From: Gemmatimonadales bacterium
GTDB lineage: Bacteria > Gemmatimonadota > Gemmatimonadetes > Gemmatimonadales > GWC2-71-9
NCBI GenBank assembly: GCA_044229245.1
Contig: JBGATI010000013.1
Span: forward strand, 16,809-80,808
Direction of reading: 5' to 3'
DNA: 64,000 nucleotides
Under the pieces are notes generated by a model that had not been told where the DNA came from, did not search any database, and saw nothing but the letters and a program-made list of their open reading frames with translations. Position numbers and translations under genes: made by a program. Below are positions 1-11,707 of this stretch, piece by piece (positions within the stretch are counted from its first letter, which is position 1; each line of letters opens with the position of its first letter).

Positions 1-1150
1 TGCCACCGCCGGCGGCGAGCCCGCTGAAGGTACGATCCGACGCGGAGCTGATCCCCGAGGCCCGGAGCGCAAATTCACTGGGATTGGTCGAGTAGAAGAG
101 CGCGCTCTCGTAGCTGATCACGCCCTGCTTGAACCACTGCATCAGCGACTGGTCGAAGCTCTGCATGCCGTACGCCTCGGTCCCCTCGGAGATCAGGTCG
201 GGGATGTTCAGCGCCTTCTCGATGTCGCGGATGTTGTCGGCCACGGCCGCGGTGTTGATCAGCACCTCCGCCGCCGGCACCCGCCCCTTCCCGTCCTTGC
301 GCGGCACCAGCCGGAGGCAGACGACCGCGGCCAGCGCGGTGGAGAGCAGCGAGCGGATCTCCTGGTGCTGGTGCGGCGGGTAGAACGAGATGACCCGGTT
401 GATGGTCTGGGTCGCGTCGGTGGTGTGCAGCGTGGAGAAGACCAGGTGGCCGGTGTCCGCCGCCTTGAGCGCGACGTCGAGCGTCTCGGCGTCGCGGATC
501 TCGCCGATGAGGATCACGTCCGGGTCCTGGCGCAGCACATGCCGGAGCGCCGTGCCGAAGGCGAGGGTGTCGCTGCCGACCTCGCGCTGCGAGATGTTCG
601 CCTGAACGTCGCGGTGCAGGAACTCGATCGGGTCCTCGATCGTGATGATGTTGACCCGGCGGTTCTGGTTGACGTGGTTGATCATCGCGGCAAGCGAGGT
701 GGACTTGCCCGAGCCGGTCACGCCGGTCACGAGCACCAGGCCACGGGGACGGATCGCGATCTCCTCCAGCACCTCGGGAAGTTCCAGTTCGCGAACCGTC
801 TTCACCTCGTAGGGGATGGCCCGGAAGGCGAACGCCAGCGTGCCGCGCTGCTGATAGATGTTGGTCCGAAAGCGGCCGACGCCCGGCACACCGATGGCGA
901 AGTCCGCCTCCTTCTTCTCGGCGAATTCCTTCACCTGGCGCGGGGTCATGATCTGCTCGGCGAGCAGCTTGAGATCCTCGGGCTTGAGGGGCTGCATCTC
1001 AAGTCCGGCCAGATCCCCGTTCACGCGAATCGTCGGCGGCCGTCCCACCTTCAGGTGCAGGTCGGACCCATTGCGCTGCACCATCAGCGAAATGGCCTGC
1101 TTGAAGTTGAACGGCGGTTGCAGGCCCGCGGGACCGGTTGGTTCAGCCAT
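1..1150 (-). CDS. pilT: Type IV pilus retraction ATPase PilT family (3' end runs off the window)
   Basis: The minus frame is open from the ATG at 1150 to position 1. It is absent from the ORF track because it has no in-window stop. Translation begins MAEPTGPAGLQPPFNFKQAISLMVQRNGSDLHLKVGRPPTIRVNGDL. It continues through GLVLVTGVTGSGKSTSLAAMINHVNQNRRVNIITIEDPIEF, which holds the Walker A motif (about 700-745) and PilT-type motifs. Its start overlaps the accB stop by 8 nt. Confidence 0.85.
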   Translation of the reverse strand, partial: MAEPTGPAGLQPPFNFKQAISLMVQRNGSDLHLKVGRPPTIRVNGDLAGLEMQPLKPEDLKLLAEQIMTPRQVKEFAEKKEADFAIGVPGVGRFRTNIYQQRGTLAFAFRAIPYEVKTVRELELPEVLEEIAIRPRGLVLVTGVTGSGKSTSLAAMINHVNQNRRVNIITIEDPIEFLHRDVQANISQREVGSDTLAFGTALRHVLRQDPDVILIGEIRDAETLDVALKAADTGHLVFSTLHTTDATQTINRVISFYPPHQHQEIRSLLSTALAAVVCLRLVPRKDGKGRVPAAEVLINTAAVADNIRDIEKALNIPDLISEGTEAYGMQSFDQSLMQWFKQGVISYESALFYSTNPSEFALRASGISSASDRTFSGLAAGGG

Positions 1151-1685
1151 TGGGGTCGACCCGATAGAGCACGGTACCGAACTCGACGGGCTGCATGTCC
1201 TCGACGAGGATCTCGCGGATCACGCCGCTGACTTCGGCCTCGATCTCGTTCATGATCTTCATCGCTTCGATGATGCAGACCGTCTGCCCCGCGGTCACCC
1301 GACCGCCCACCTTCACGTACGCTTCCGCGCCGGGCTCCGGGGCCTTGTAGAAGGTGCCGACCATCGGCGACTTGATCTCCTTCAGGGTCGACGGCGCCGC
1401 CGCGGCGGGGGCCCCGCCCGTGGCCGGGGCGGAGGCGGGGGCATGCGCGGGCGCGGCGGCCGGTGCGTATGCCATGGGCGCGGGCATCATCGGTGCGGCG
1501 GTCTGCATGCCGGTCCGGGTGATCACCACGCCGGTGTCGAACCACCCCTTCACCTCGATGGATCCCAGCTCGGGAAACTCGTGCAGCAGCTCCGCGAGCT
1601 TGCGCACATCCTTGAGTTCCACCGAGCGGATCCCGGGCAGCTTGCCGAGGAGCTTGGCGAGGTCGGTCGTGTCTTTCGCGTTCAT
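1143..1685 (-). CDS. accB: Biotin carboxyl carrier protein of acetyl-CoA carboxylase
   Basis: 180 aa. An Ala/Pro-rich linker is followed by a biotinyl domain with the CIIEAMKIMNEIEAE motif. ATG start at 1685. Confidence 0.9.
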   Translation of the reverse strand: MNAKDTTDLAKLLGKLPGIRSVELKDVRKLAELLHEFPELGSIEVKGWFDTGVVITRTGMQTAAPMMPAPMAYAPAAAPAHAPASAPATGGAPAAAAPSTLKEIKSPMVGTFYKAPEPGAEAYVKVGGRVTAGQTVCIIEAMKIMNEIEAEVSGVIREILVEDMQPVEFGTVLYRVDPNG

Positions 1686-1779
1686 TGAGGCATCGGGGTT
1701 CAGGGTTCGGCTCTCAGCGCTCAGGCATCACGCATCGGGACGGCACCGCCCCAGGCATGACGACACGCCCGCTGCTCCC

Positions 1780-2871
1780 TCAGACCAGTTCGAGAAGTTC
1801 CACTCGGTTGTCCGACAGTAATTCGGGCCCCGAGGCGGCGAGGTGCACATCGTCCTCCAGGCGCACCCCGCCCCAGCCGTGAAGATAGATCCCGGGCTCC
1901 ACGGTCACCACCGCGCCGCCGGGAAGCGCCTGCTCCGCCGTCGGTGACAGCCGCGGCGCCTCATGGACCTCGAGACCCAGGCCATGGCCAAGCGAGTGCC
2001 CGAAGGCCTCGCCGAAGCCGGCCCTGGCGATCACGTCGCGCGCGAGCGCATCCGCGTCCCGCCCCGGCATCCCCGCCCGCACATGCGCCAGGGCGCGCTG
2101 CTGGGCCTGCTGGACCACCCCGTAGATTTCGCGCTGCCGAGCATCGGCGCGCGCGCCCACGACGACGGTCCTGGTGAGGTCGGCACAGTATCCGTCCACC
2201 TGCGCGCCGAAGTCAAGCAGGAGCCAGTCCCCGGGATTCACGGTGCGGTCGCTGGTTCTCGCATGCGGCAGGGCGGACCGGGGGCCCGACGCCACGATGG
2301 TCGGGAACGGATGCCACTCGCTGCCCCGCCGGCGCAGGGCCGATTCCAGCAGCGCGGCGATCTCGAATTCACTCGCGCCCACCCGCACCGACGGCAGCGT
2401 CTCCGTCAGGGCGTCCTGCGCCAGTCCCGCTGCGGCGCGAATCGCCGCCACCTCTCCAGCGTCCTTCACCACCCGGAGCCGCTCGACCAGATCGCTGGTG
2501 GGTTGCCACGCCGCATGCGGGCTGAGGGTGTCGAGCCGTTCGCGATCCCGCACCGTCGCGACATGCCCCTCGAAACCGGGATGTCCCGGCGGCCGTTCGC
2601 CCAGCACGCGCTTGAGCCGGTCCCAGATGTTGGTCTGGTCGATCTCGACCCGGACGACGGTGCCCGCCTCGCGTGGAGCCTGCGCGGCGTAGCGGAAGTC
2701 GGTGACCAGGATGGCGTCCTGCGCCCGGATCGCGAGCAGGGCCGAGGAGCCGGTGAATCCGGTGAGGTAGCGGATGTTGGGGAGAGACTGCACCAGCAGC
2801 AGGTCGTGCCCCAGCGCCAGCATGCGATCCCGGAGCGCGCTCTGCCGGGCGTCCCGGCGATCAGTCACCAC
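1780..2871 (-). CDS. Xaa-Pro aminopeptidase / M24B family peptidase
   Basis: 363 aa with a creatinase-like N-terminal region and M24 metal-ligand motifs ([30 protein letters not shown]). The start is a GTG at 2871 and is uncertain; it overlaps the aroQ stop by 11 nt. Confidence 0.85.
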   Translation of the reverse strand: MVTDRRDARQSALRDRMLALGHDLLLVQSLPNIRYLTGFTGSSALLAIRAQDAILVTDFRYAAQAPREAGTVVRVEIDQTNIWDRLKRVLGERPPGHPGFEGHVATVRDRERLDTLSPHAAWQPTSDLVERLRVVKDAGEVAAIRAAAGLAQDALTETLPSVRVGASEFEIAALLESALRRRGSEWHPFPTIVASGPRSALPHARTSDRTVNPGDWLLLDFGAQVDGYCADLTRTVVVGARADARQREIYGVVQQAQQRALAHVRAGMPGRDADALARDVIARAGFGEAFGHSLGHGLGLEVHEAPRLSPTAEQALPGGAVVTVEPGIYLHGWGGVRLEDDVHLAASGPELLSDNRVELLELV

Positions 2872-3297
2872 CGAGTTTCGCGACCAGGGCCTGGAGGCCG
2901 AGCAGGTACCCCGAGGGCCCGAAGCCGGCCACGATGCCGACGGCCAGATCCGCGAGCCGGGAATGCCGGCGCTCCGGCTCGCGCGCGAAGATGTTCGACA
3001 GGTGCACTTCCACGAACGGCACCTTCACCGCAAGGAACGCATCGCGGATCGCCAGACTGGTGTGGGTGAACGCCGCGGCGTTGACCAGCGCGCCATCGGC
3101 CTTCCCCTTGAGTCCCTGCACCGCGTCGACGAAGGCGCCCTCGTGGTTGGTCTGCATCCACTCGAGTGTGACCCCGAGACGGGTCGCCTCCGCCCGGACC
3201 AGGGCCTCGAGCTCGGGAAGCGTGGTCCGCCCGTAGACTTCCGGTTCACGGGTGCCGAGCAGATTGAGATTCGGCCCGTTCAGTACCGCGATGCGCA

Positions 3298-3298
<1 letters not shown>
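2861..3298 (-). CDS. aroQ: 3-dehydroquinate dehydratase, type II
   Basis: [23 protein letters not shown]...[15 protein letters not shown] is a typical type II DHQase sequence. The ATG at 3298 shares 1 nt with the stop of the upstream TPR gene. Confidence 0.9.
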
Positions 3299-5496
<2,198 letters not shown>

Positions 5497-5585
5497 CCCT
5501 GGCCCTGTGCGTAAGTTGTTGTGGTGATTGAATAAACATTAGAGGGAGCACGGGAGCATGTCAACGGGTCGGACGCCACCTCGGC

Positions 5586-5614
5586 TTGAGATTCTGCGTT
5601 GCCGGGCTTAGACT
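5586..5614 (+). promoter_or_regulatory. Candidate sigma70-type promoter for ppiD
   Basis: TTGAGA (5586-5591), a 17 nt spacer, then TAGACT (5609-5614). It lies in the relatively AT-rich divergent gap between the TPR gene and ppiD. Confidence 0.4.
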
Positions 5615-5661
5615 TACGCCTCTTTTTGAAGCCGCCCCCTCAGCCGCAGGGCAGTTCCCAT

Positions 5662-7497
5662 ATGATGCAAGTCTTCCGCAGCATTGCGGGCAAGGTTGCC
5701 GCCGGAGTTTTCGCCGTCCTGATGCTCGTGTTCCTGTGGACCAGCGTCGACTGGCGGCAGGTCTCGGGCGGGTCCCGCACGACCGTGGGCGAGATCAACG
5801 GCCAGAAGATTCCGCTCCGGAACTATCAGCAGATGGTCCAGGGCGCGACGGAGCAGCGTCAGCGTCAGGTCGGCCACTCCCTGAGCGCCGAGGAGATCGA
5901 GGAAGTCCGCAACACCGTCTGGACCGAACTGATCCAGCAGCAGAGCCTCGAGACCGAGTACGCGAAGCGCGGCATCGAAGTCAGCACGGATGAGATTGCG
6001 GCCGCGATCCAGGACAATCCGCCGCCGGAGTTCCTGCAGCAGGCCGAGTTCCAGACGGACGGCAAGTTCGACATCAGCAAGTACCAGCGCTGGCTTCGCT
6101 CCAGCGCCGGGGCCCAGATCGTCCCCCTGCTCGAGGCGCAGTACTCCGACCAGATCCGCCAGTCCAAGCTCTTCCGGATCGTGACCGGGGACGTGTACCT
6201 CTCGGATGCCGCCCTGTGGCAGAACTGGCGCGACAATAACGAGAAGGTCACCGTCGAACTCGCGGCAATCCTGCCACGCGCGGTCGTCCCGGACTCGGCC
6301 GTTCCGATGACGGACGCCGAAGTCCGGAAGTACTACGACGACCACAAGGACGAGTTCAAGCGGCCCGCCACCGCCTATCTCAGCTATGTCGAGATCGTCC
6401 GGGCGGCCGATGCCAGCGACACCGCGGCTGCACTGCAGCGCACCCTGGATCTGCGGAAGGAGATCGTCGCGGGATCGCCGTTCGCGGAAGTGGCCAAGCG
6501 GGAATCGGCCGACTCCGGGTCCGCCGTGAAGGGCGGCGATCTGGGCGAGTTCGGCAAGGGCACGATGGATCCGGCCTTCGAGCGGGCGGCCTACAGCCTC
6601 CCGATCGGGACCCTCTCCGAACCGGTGCTCTCCGCGTTCGGCTACCACCTGATCCAGGTGGACAAGCGGGCCGGCGGCAAGGTCAGCGCCCATCACATCC
6701 TGATCCCCATCGAGATCACCGGTGCCCACCGCGATCAGCTCGATGCCCGCGCCGACAGTCTCGAGACGCTGGGTGCCGAGAAGCTCGACCCCAGTGCCCT
6801 CGACACCGCCGCGAAGGTCCTCGGGCTCCGGGTCGGCAAGGCGAATCCGATCCAGCAGGGGAGCCGGGCACAGGTCGGCCTCCAGGTGGTACCGGACGCC
6901 GGGGTCTGGGCCTTCCAGGCCAAGGTGGGTGAGACGGGCCGGATCGTCGAGGTGTCGTACGCCTACTTCCTCTTCCGGCTCGACAGCCTGCATGCCGACG
7001 GCGTGCCGCCGTTCGAGTCGATCAAGGGCGCGGTCACGGTCGCCGCGCGCGACAAGAAGAAATGGGAAGGCGCCCGCGCCGTCGCGACCGACCTGGTGAA
7101 GCGCATCGGGGAGGGCAGCACCCTCACGCAGGCCGCGACCGCCCTCAAGCTCCCGCATCAGGAGTTTCCCGCCTTCACCCGGACCAACCCGCCCTTCCCG
7201 AGCCCCCGGGTCGTGGGGACGGCGTTCGGGCTGGCGGCCGGCAAGACCAGCGGCATCATCGATACGGACGAAGGCCTCTACGTGCTGCGCGTGATCAAGC
7301 ACGATCCGCCGGACTCCGCGGAGTTCGTCAAGCAGATCGACGACTTCCGCGCCAAGCAGATCCGGCTCGCGCGCCAGGACCGGGTCCGCAGCTACCTCGA
7401 TGCGCTCCGGAACAACGCCAAGGTCGAGGATCGTCGCACCCAGATCTTCCGGACCGAGGCGCAGGCCCAGCAGGACCAGGCCAGGCAGCGCAGCTGA
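5662..7497 (+). CDS. ppiD: Periplasmic chaperone / peptidyl-prolyl isomerase PpiD-like (SurA_N plus parvulin domains)
   Basis: The ORF in the track starts at 5599. I prefer the ATG at 5662 (MMQVFRSIAGKVAAGVFAVLMLVFLW), which gives an N-terminal membrane anchor. A parvulin motif is present: GGDLGEFGKGTMDPAFERAAYSLPIGTLSEPVLSAFGYHLIQV. Confidence 0.8.
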   Translation: MMQVFRSIAGKVAAGVFAVLMLVFLWTSVDWRQVSGGSRTTVGEINGQKIPLRNYQQMVQGATEQRQRQVGHSLSAEEIEEVRNTVWTELIQQQSLETEYAKRGIEVSTDEIAAAIQDNPPPEFLQQAEFQTDGKFDISKYQRWLRSSAGAQIVPLLEAQYSDQIRQSKLFRIVTGDVYLSDAALWQNWRDNNEKVTVELAAILPRAVVPDSAVPMTDAEVRKYYDDHKDEFKRPATAYLSYVEIVRAADASDTAAALQRTLDLRKEIVAGSPFAEVAKRESADSGSAVKGGDLGEFGKGTMDPAFERAAYSLPIGTLSEPVLSAFGYHLIQVDKRAGGKVSAHHILIPIEITGAHRDQLDARADSLETLGAEKLDPSALDTAAKVLGLRVGKANPIQQGSRAQVGLQVVPDAGVWAFQAKVGETGRIVEVSYAYFLFRLDSLHADGVPPFESIKGAVTVAARDKKKWEGARAVATDLVKRIGEGSTLTQAATALKLPHQEFPAFTRTNPPFPSPRVVGTAFGLAAGKTSGIIDTDEGLYVLRVIKHDPPDSAEFVKQIDDFRAKQIRLARQDRVRSYLDALRNNAKVEDRRTQIFRTEAQAQQDQARQRS

Positions 7498-7518
7498 TCC
7501 CGCTGGTGGGCGGGCAGC

Positions 7519-7556
7519 AAAAAACCCTCCGGTCGTCGACCGGAGGGTTTCTCGTT
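7519..7556. terminator. Bidirectional intrinsic terminator between ppiD (+) and tatA (-)
   Basis: A 9 bp stem pairs CCCTCCGGT (7525-7533) with ACCGGAGGG (7539-7547). It is flanked by an A-run on the 5' side and TTTCTCGTTT on the 3' side. Confidence 0.75.
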
Positions 7557-7572
7557 TCCAGCGGTGCCAGTC

Positions 7573-7830
7573 TTACTGCGACAGCCGCTTCGGCTCGCCC
7601 CCGGAGGGAGGGGTCGGGCCGGTGTTGCGATTGTCGAGCTGCCGCGAGGTCGGCGCCGAGGTGCTGTCACCGCCACTCACCGCGTCACCCGCGTCGCTCA
7701 GACTGCGCTTGAATTCCCGGATCCCCTTGCCGAACGAGGCGCCGATCTCGGGCAGCCGCTTCGACCCGAAGAGCAGAAGGCAGATCACCAGAATCCCTAC
7801 GATTTCCCCGAAACCAAGATTGCCGAACAT
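7573..7830 (-). CDS. tatA: Twin-arginine translocase subunit TatA/E
   Basis: MFGNLGFGEIVGILVICLLLFGSKRLPEIGASFGKGIREFKRSL is the canonical TatA TM segment plus amphipathic helix. A low-complexity tail follows. Confidence 0.9.
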   Translation of the reverse strand: MFGNLGFGEIVGILVICLLLFGSKRLPEIGASFGKGIREFKRSLSDAGDAVSGGDSTSAPTSRQLDNRNTGPTPPSGGEPKRLSQ

Positions 7831-7842
7831 GGCGGCCCTGCC

Positions 7843-8115
7843 TTAGAAGAGTGAGCGGGCGATCAGATAGGCGATGATGACGCCCAGAATCGCGAGCGGA
7901 GAAACGTTCACCGCGAACGGCCCCATGGTGAAGCTGAACACCAGCAGGTTGAGCGATACGGGGCCAAGGCTCGCGCTGGCGGTAAAGGTAAACACCTGCT
8001 TGGCGACGCTGTCCGGCATCACCGTCTTGACCAGCGCGTTCAGGAAGCCGCCGAGAATGAATCCGGCCACCAGCACGCCGAGGTGGAACATCGGGCGACG
8101 AGGTCCACTGGCCAT
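7843..8115 (-). CDS. Small integral membrane protein (possibly DUF4321-like), function unknown
   Basis: 90 aa with hydrophobic segments (LGVLVAGFILGGFL, LAILGVIIAYLIA). It lies 12 nt upstream of tatA and shares 1 nt with the ispB stop. The family assignment is from memory only. Confidence 0.5.
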   Translation of the reverse strand: MASGPRRPMFHLGVLVAGFILGGFLNALVKTVMPDSVAKQVFTFTASASLGPVSLNLLVFSFTMGPFAVNVSPLAILGVIIAYLIARSLF

Positions 8116-9104
8116 CAGCGCCGCCGGTCGAGGACGTAGGTGATACTGTCACGCAGCACATCGCGCGCCCGGCTGGGCGGGAGCGCATCGAGCTCATGAT
8201 CTGCCCGCTCGGCCAGACGATGGGCCCGCTGCCGGGCATACTCGAGCCCCCCGGCATCCGACACCAGCCCGACTACAGTGCCGATCTGGGCATCCGTCGG
8301 CTCCGGCGTGGCCATGAGCGCGGTAACATCCCGGCGCGCGGCCGGCGAGAGTCGCCCGAGCGAGTAGATCAGGGGAAGCGTCACCTTGTGCTCCCGGAGA
8401 TCGTTGCCGGACGGTTTTCCGGTCACGGCCTCCTCCTCGGTGTAGTCGAGCAGGTCGTCCACGATCTGGAACGCCATCCCAAGGTACTCACCAAAGCGCC
8501 GCAGCGCCTCCCGTTCGCGCGGACCTGCCCGGAGCGCGCCCACTTCGCACGCGCCGGAGAGGAGCGACGCGGTCTTCGCCATGATGAGGAGATCGTACTC
8601 CTCCTCCGTGAAGGCGAGCGGCTCGTGGGCCATGAGCTGGCGCATTTCGCCGACCGTCATCTCGTTCGTCACGCGGGACAGGACCCGGAGCGGTTCGATG
8701 TCGCCCAGCCGGGTGAGTTCAACGACGGCGCGTGAGTAGAGGTAGTCCCCCATGATCACGCTGACCTGGTGACTGAACAGCGCATTGATCGTGGGCATGC
8801 CGCGCCGCAGCACCGAATGATCGACCGAATCATCGTGCACCAGCGTCGCCAGGTGGATCAGCTCCACCACCGCGGCGAGCGTCTCGGCGCGCGGATCGTG
8901 GGCGCCTGACGCTTCCTCGCTGAGCAGGAGCAGGGTCGGCCGGAACATCTTCCCCTGCATCTGGAGCAGGTGGCCGTTCACTTCGCTGATCAGCCCGAAA
9001 TCGCTCTCGATGGCCCGGCGCAGCTCCCGCTGCACCGCTTCAAGGCGCGGCTTGAGACTGGCCTGGAGGCCCGCGAGCGTGATACCCGCCGCCGAGGATG
9101 TCAC
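8115..9104 (-). CDS. ispB: Polyprenyl diphosphate synthase (IspB-type, trans-IPPS)
   Basis: 329 aa. First Asp-rich motif LVHDDSVD; second motif FQIVDDLLDY. GTG start at 9104, overlapping the upstream stop (GTGA). Confidence 0.85.
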   Translation of the reverse strand: MTSSAAGITLAGLQASLKPRLEAVQRELRRAIESDFGLISEVNGHLLQMQGKMFRPTLLLLSEEASGAHDPRAETLAAVVELIHLATLVHDDSVDHSVLRRGMPTINALFSHQVSVIMGDYLYSRAVVELTRLGDIEPLRVLSRVTNEMTVGEMRQLMAHEPLAFTEEEYDLLIMAKTASLLSGACEVGALRAGPREREALRRFGEYLGMAFQIVDDLLDYTEEEAVTGKPSGNDLREHKVTLPLIYSLGRLSPAARRDVTALMATPEPTDAQIGTVVGLVSDAGGLEYARQRAHRLAERADHELDALPPSRARDVLRDSITYVLDRRR

Positions 9105-11662
9105 TGAGGCCTTCCCTGGGCCAGCTTCGCCATGCGCGCCCCGGCGTCCTGGAAGCCGATGTCGACGGCCAGCACGCGTTCGAATGTGGTAATCGCCTGT
9201 TCCACCTTGCCCTGGGCCTCCTGCGAACGGCCCAGCCAGTAGATCACGCCAATCTGCTCATCGTCCGTCGCGCCGAGACTCTCGACCGCCCGCTTGAGAA
9301 TCGCTTCGGCGATCGCGTACTGCCGCTTTTCGAAGAAGGAACTTCCCAGGGATTCCGTCGTCTTCAGACGAATCTCGGGTGAGCGCAGCGCCTTCTGGAA
9401 CTCGGCGATCGCCTCATCCAGCAGTCCCATCTCCTTGAAGGCCACGCCCAGGTCGTAGTGCGCCTGGAAGTCGGCGGCGTCGATGTTGGCATCGATGCCC
9501 CGCTTGAACTGCTGCAGCATGTCCTGGAAGTCCTTCTGTTCGTCCCCGGTCGGCTCCTCGCCCTCCACCCGCATGCGAGTATCCATCACCGCTTCGTCGT
9601 CCATCACCAGCGCGCCGAAGTCGATGAAATCCCCGGTCGGCGGAGGCTCGACCGGCTTCTGGGCGGCGACCGACTTCCGCGACTTCCGCCCGGCCGGCGC
9701 TGGCTCCGGGACCGGCGCTGGTGCGGGAGCGGGCGGCGGTGGCGCTTCGGCGATCGCGTCGAACGCGGCGTCGGCCTCGTCGGCCATCTCCGTCAGAGGC
9801 GCAGCCTCCGGCTCTGGCTCGGCCACAGGCTCCGCTGTGGCCGTCGGGGCCGGCGGAATCGGCGGCAGGGTCTCCTCGACCGAGGAGAGGGCGTCCAGCG
9901 CCGCGAGTGCCCGGGAATTTCCGGGATCGTGTTCCGATACCCGCCGATACACCGCCAGCGCCTTGTCGAGCGCGCCGACCCGCAGCAGGGCGTCGGCGAG
10001 CTCCAGATAGGCTTCGATCAGCTTGGGACGTTCCCCGCTGCGGAACGCGATCTCGACCCGCTTCTGGTGGTACCGCACCCCGTTGGGATCGAGCCGGATC
10101 AGTTCGTGAATGAGGTCCGTGGCATGGGCCCAGTCCTCGCGCCCCTCGTATCCGGCCAGCGCGAGTTCGAGCTCCTCCTGCCCTCGCAGCTGCTCCCCGG
10201 TGGCGAGCAGTGCCTCACCCAGCGCTCGATGTGCCTCGGGATCATCCGGGTCTTCGAGGACGCGGTCCTCGAGATCGGTGATCGACAGCTCGGCCGGCGC
10301 ATCGACATCCAGAAAGGTGACCGTCTCCTCGGGCATCTCGAAGTCGGGCAGGGCCGGGTCGAGGACCGGGACCGCTTCGCCTGGATCGATGAGATCCATG
10401 CCAAGGGAAGCCGAGGGCCGTTCGATGGGTGCGAGTTCTTCCGGCTCCCCCAGTCCCGTCGCGAGGTCGGCCGCGAGCTCCGGCGAGACGTCAAGCGGCT
10501 CCGGCACCAGGAATCGGTCGGCTTCGATCGGCTGGATGTCGGTATCCGCCCCGTCGCTCGCGCGCTCGAGATCGAGGCCCTCGGTCGACACCTGGAGGTC
10601 GACCGAGTCCGCCGCCGGCTGATCCAGCTCGAGACCCTCGAGCGGCGCCACGGCTTCGGCCTCCAGCCCTTCCGCAAAGGTGGGCTCGAAGCCCAGTGCC
10701 TTCGCGACCTCGCCCGAGGCCGTCGCCTCCAGGTGTGCCTCGTCCGACACCAGCTGGATCGACTCCAGCTCGAGCGGCGTGTCCACCAGGCTGGCGGTCT
10801 CGATTTCCAGCGGCGGCAGCTCGGGAACCGGCGCCTCGACGGTCGCGGCCCCGGGGCCCACCTCGATCAGGGGCAGCCCGGCCGGCGGCTTCACTTCCGC
10901 CGCGGGCGGCATGCTGATCGCACGGGTCTTTCGCGAGGGGGGCCCCGCATGCTTCGCGGCCGGCCGCTCCGCCGTCGACCCGGTATCGAGAAAGACCAGA
11001 TCACCGGACCGGCCGGGCTTTGGCACCGGCTTCGCCGACTCGCCAGGCACATCCTCGGCGTCGAGCGCCTGAAGCCGCATCAGCGTCTTCCGGGCACCGA
11101 TCGTATCGCCCTTTGCTTCGAGGTCGCTGGCCAGCTTCTCCAGCTGCTCGCGGGCCTCGGCGTTGCGCGAGGAGGCTCGCAGCAGCTCGGACAGCATCAA
11201 CCGGATTTCCTTGTTTCCCGGGAACTGATCCGCGAAATCCTTGACCGACTTGAAGGCGTCATCGAGCTGATTGAGCGTGTTCATCCGCTCGAGGTACTCG
11301 AGCAGGTTCTTCTTCGCTTCGATGACGACGTTCTTGCGGGCGTGCAGGTGGGCGAGCTTCAGGTAGGTCTGGATCCGTCCCGGGTTCACCCGCAGGATCT
11401 TGCCGCAGAGGGCGATGGCGTTGTTGTAGAAGCCCTGCTCGCCGTAGAGGTCCGCCGCCCGCTCATAGGCCTGCACCGCGGCCCCGGGCTCATTGGCCTT
11501 CAGGTACAGATCGCCCACCCGGTTGTAGACCGACAGATCCGGTACGGGATCGTTGCCGGCCTCGAACTCCCGGATAGCTTGAAGATAGACCTCGATGGCC
11601 CGCCGCCACTCCTCCTTCTGCTCGTACTTCCGGGCGGTCTCTTTGAGCTTTTCGAAGTTCAT
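9101..11662 (-). CDS. Large acidic TPR protein with a Pro/Ala/Glu-rich central region, function unknown
   Basis: 853 aa. N-terminal TPRs (EEWRRAIEVYLQAIREF..., AVQAYERAADLYGEQGFYNNAIALCGKILRVNP). An acidic, proline-rich middle. Central and C-terminal TPRs (AHYDLGVAFKEMGLLDEAIAEFQKAL...). Confidence 0.75.
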   Translation of the reverse strand: MNFEKLKETARKYEQKEEWRRAIEVYLQAIREFEAGNDPVPDLSVYNRVGDLYLKANEPGAAVQAYERAADLYGEQGFYNNAIALCGKILRVNPGRIQTYLKLAHLHARKNVVIEAKKNLLEYLERMNTLNQLDDAFKSVKDFADQFPGNKEIRLMLSELLRASSRNAEAREQLEKLASDLEAKGDTIGARKTLMRLQALDAEDVPGESAKPVPKPGRSGDLVFLDTGSTAERPAAKHAGPPSRKTRAISMPPAAEVKPPAGLPLIEVGPGAATVEAPVPELPPLEIETASLVDTPLELESIQLVSDEAHLEATASGEVAKALGFEPTFAEGLEAEAVAPLEGLELDQPAADSVDLQVSTEGLDLERASDGADTDIQPIEADRFLVPEPLDVSPELAADLATGLGEPEELAPIERPSASLGMDLIDPGEAVPVLDPALPDFEMPEETVTFLDVDAPAELSITDLEDRVLEDPDDPEAHRALGEALLATGEQLRGQEELELALAGYEGREDWAHATDLIHELIRLDPNGVRYHQKRVEIAFRSGERPKLIEAYLELADALLRVGALDKALAVYRRVSEHDPGNSRALAALDALSSVEETLPPIPPAPTATAEPVAEPEPEAAPLTEMADEADAAFDAIAEAPPPPAPAPAPVPEPAPAGRKSRKSVAAQKPVEPPPTGDFIDFGALVMDDEAVMDTRMRVEGEEPTGDEQKDFQDMLQQFKRGIDANIDAADFQAHYDLGVAFKEMGLLDEAIAEFQKALRSPEIRLKTTESLGSSFFEKRQYAIAEAILKRAVESLGATDDEQIGVIYWLGRSQEAQGKVEQAITTFERVLAVDIGFQDAGARMAKLAQGRPQ

Positions 11663-11707
11663 CCAGCGGGGCGAGTGAAAGTGTGAATGCCTATGAAATA
11701 CCGGAAC

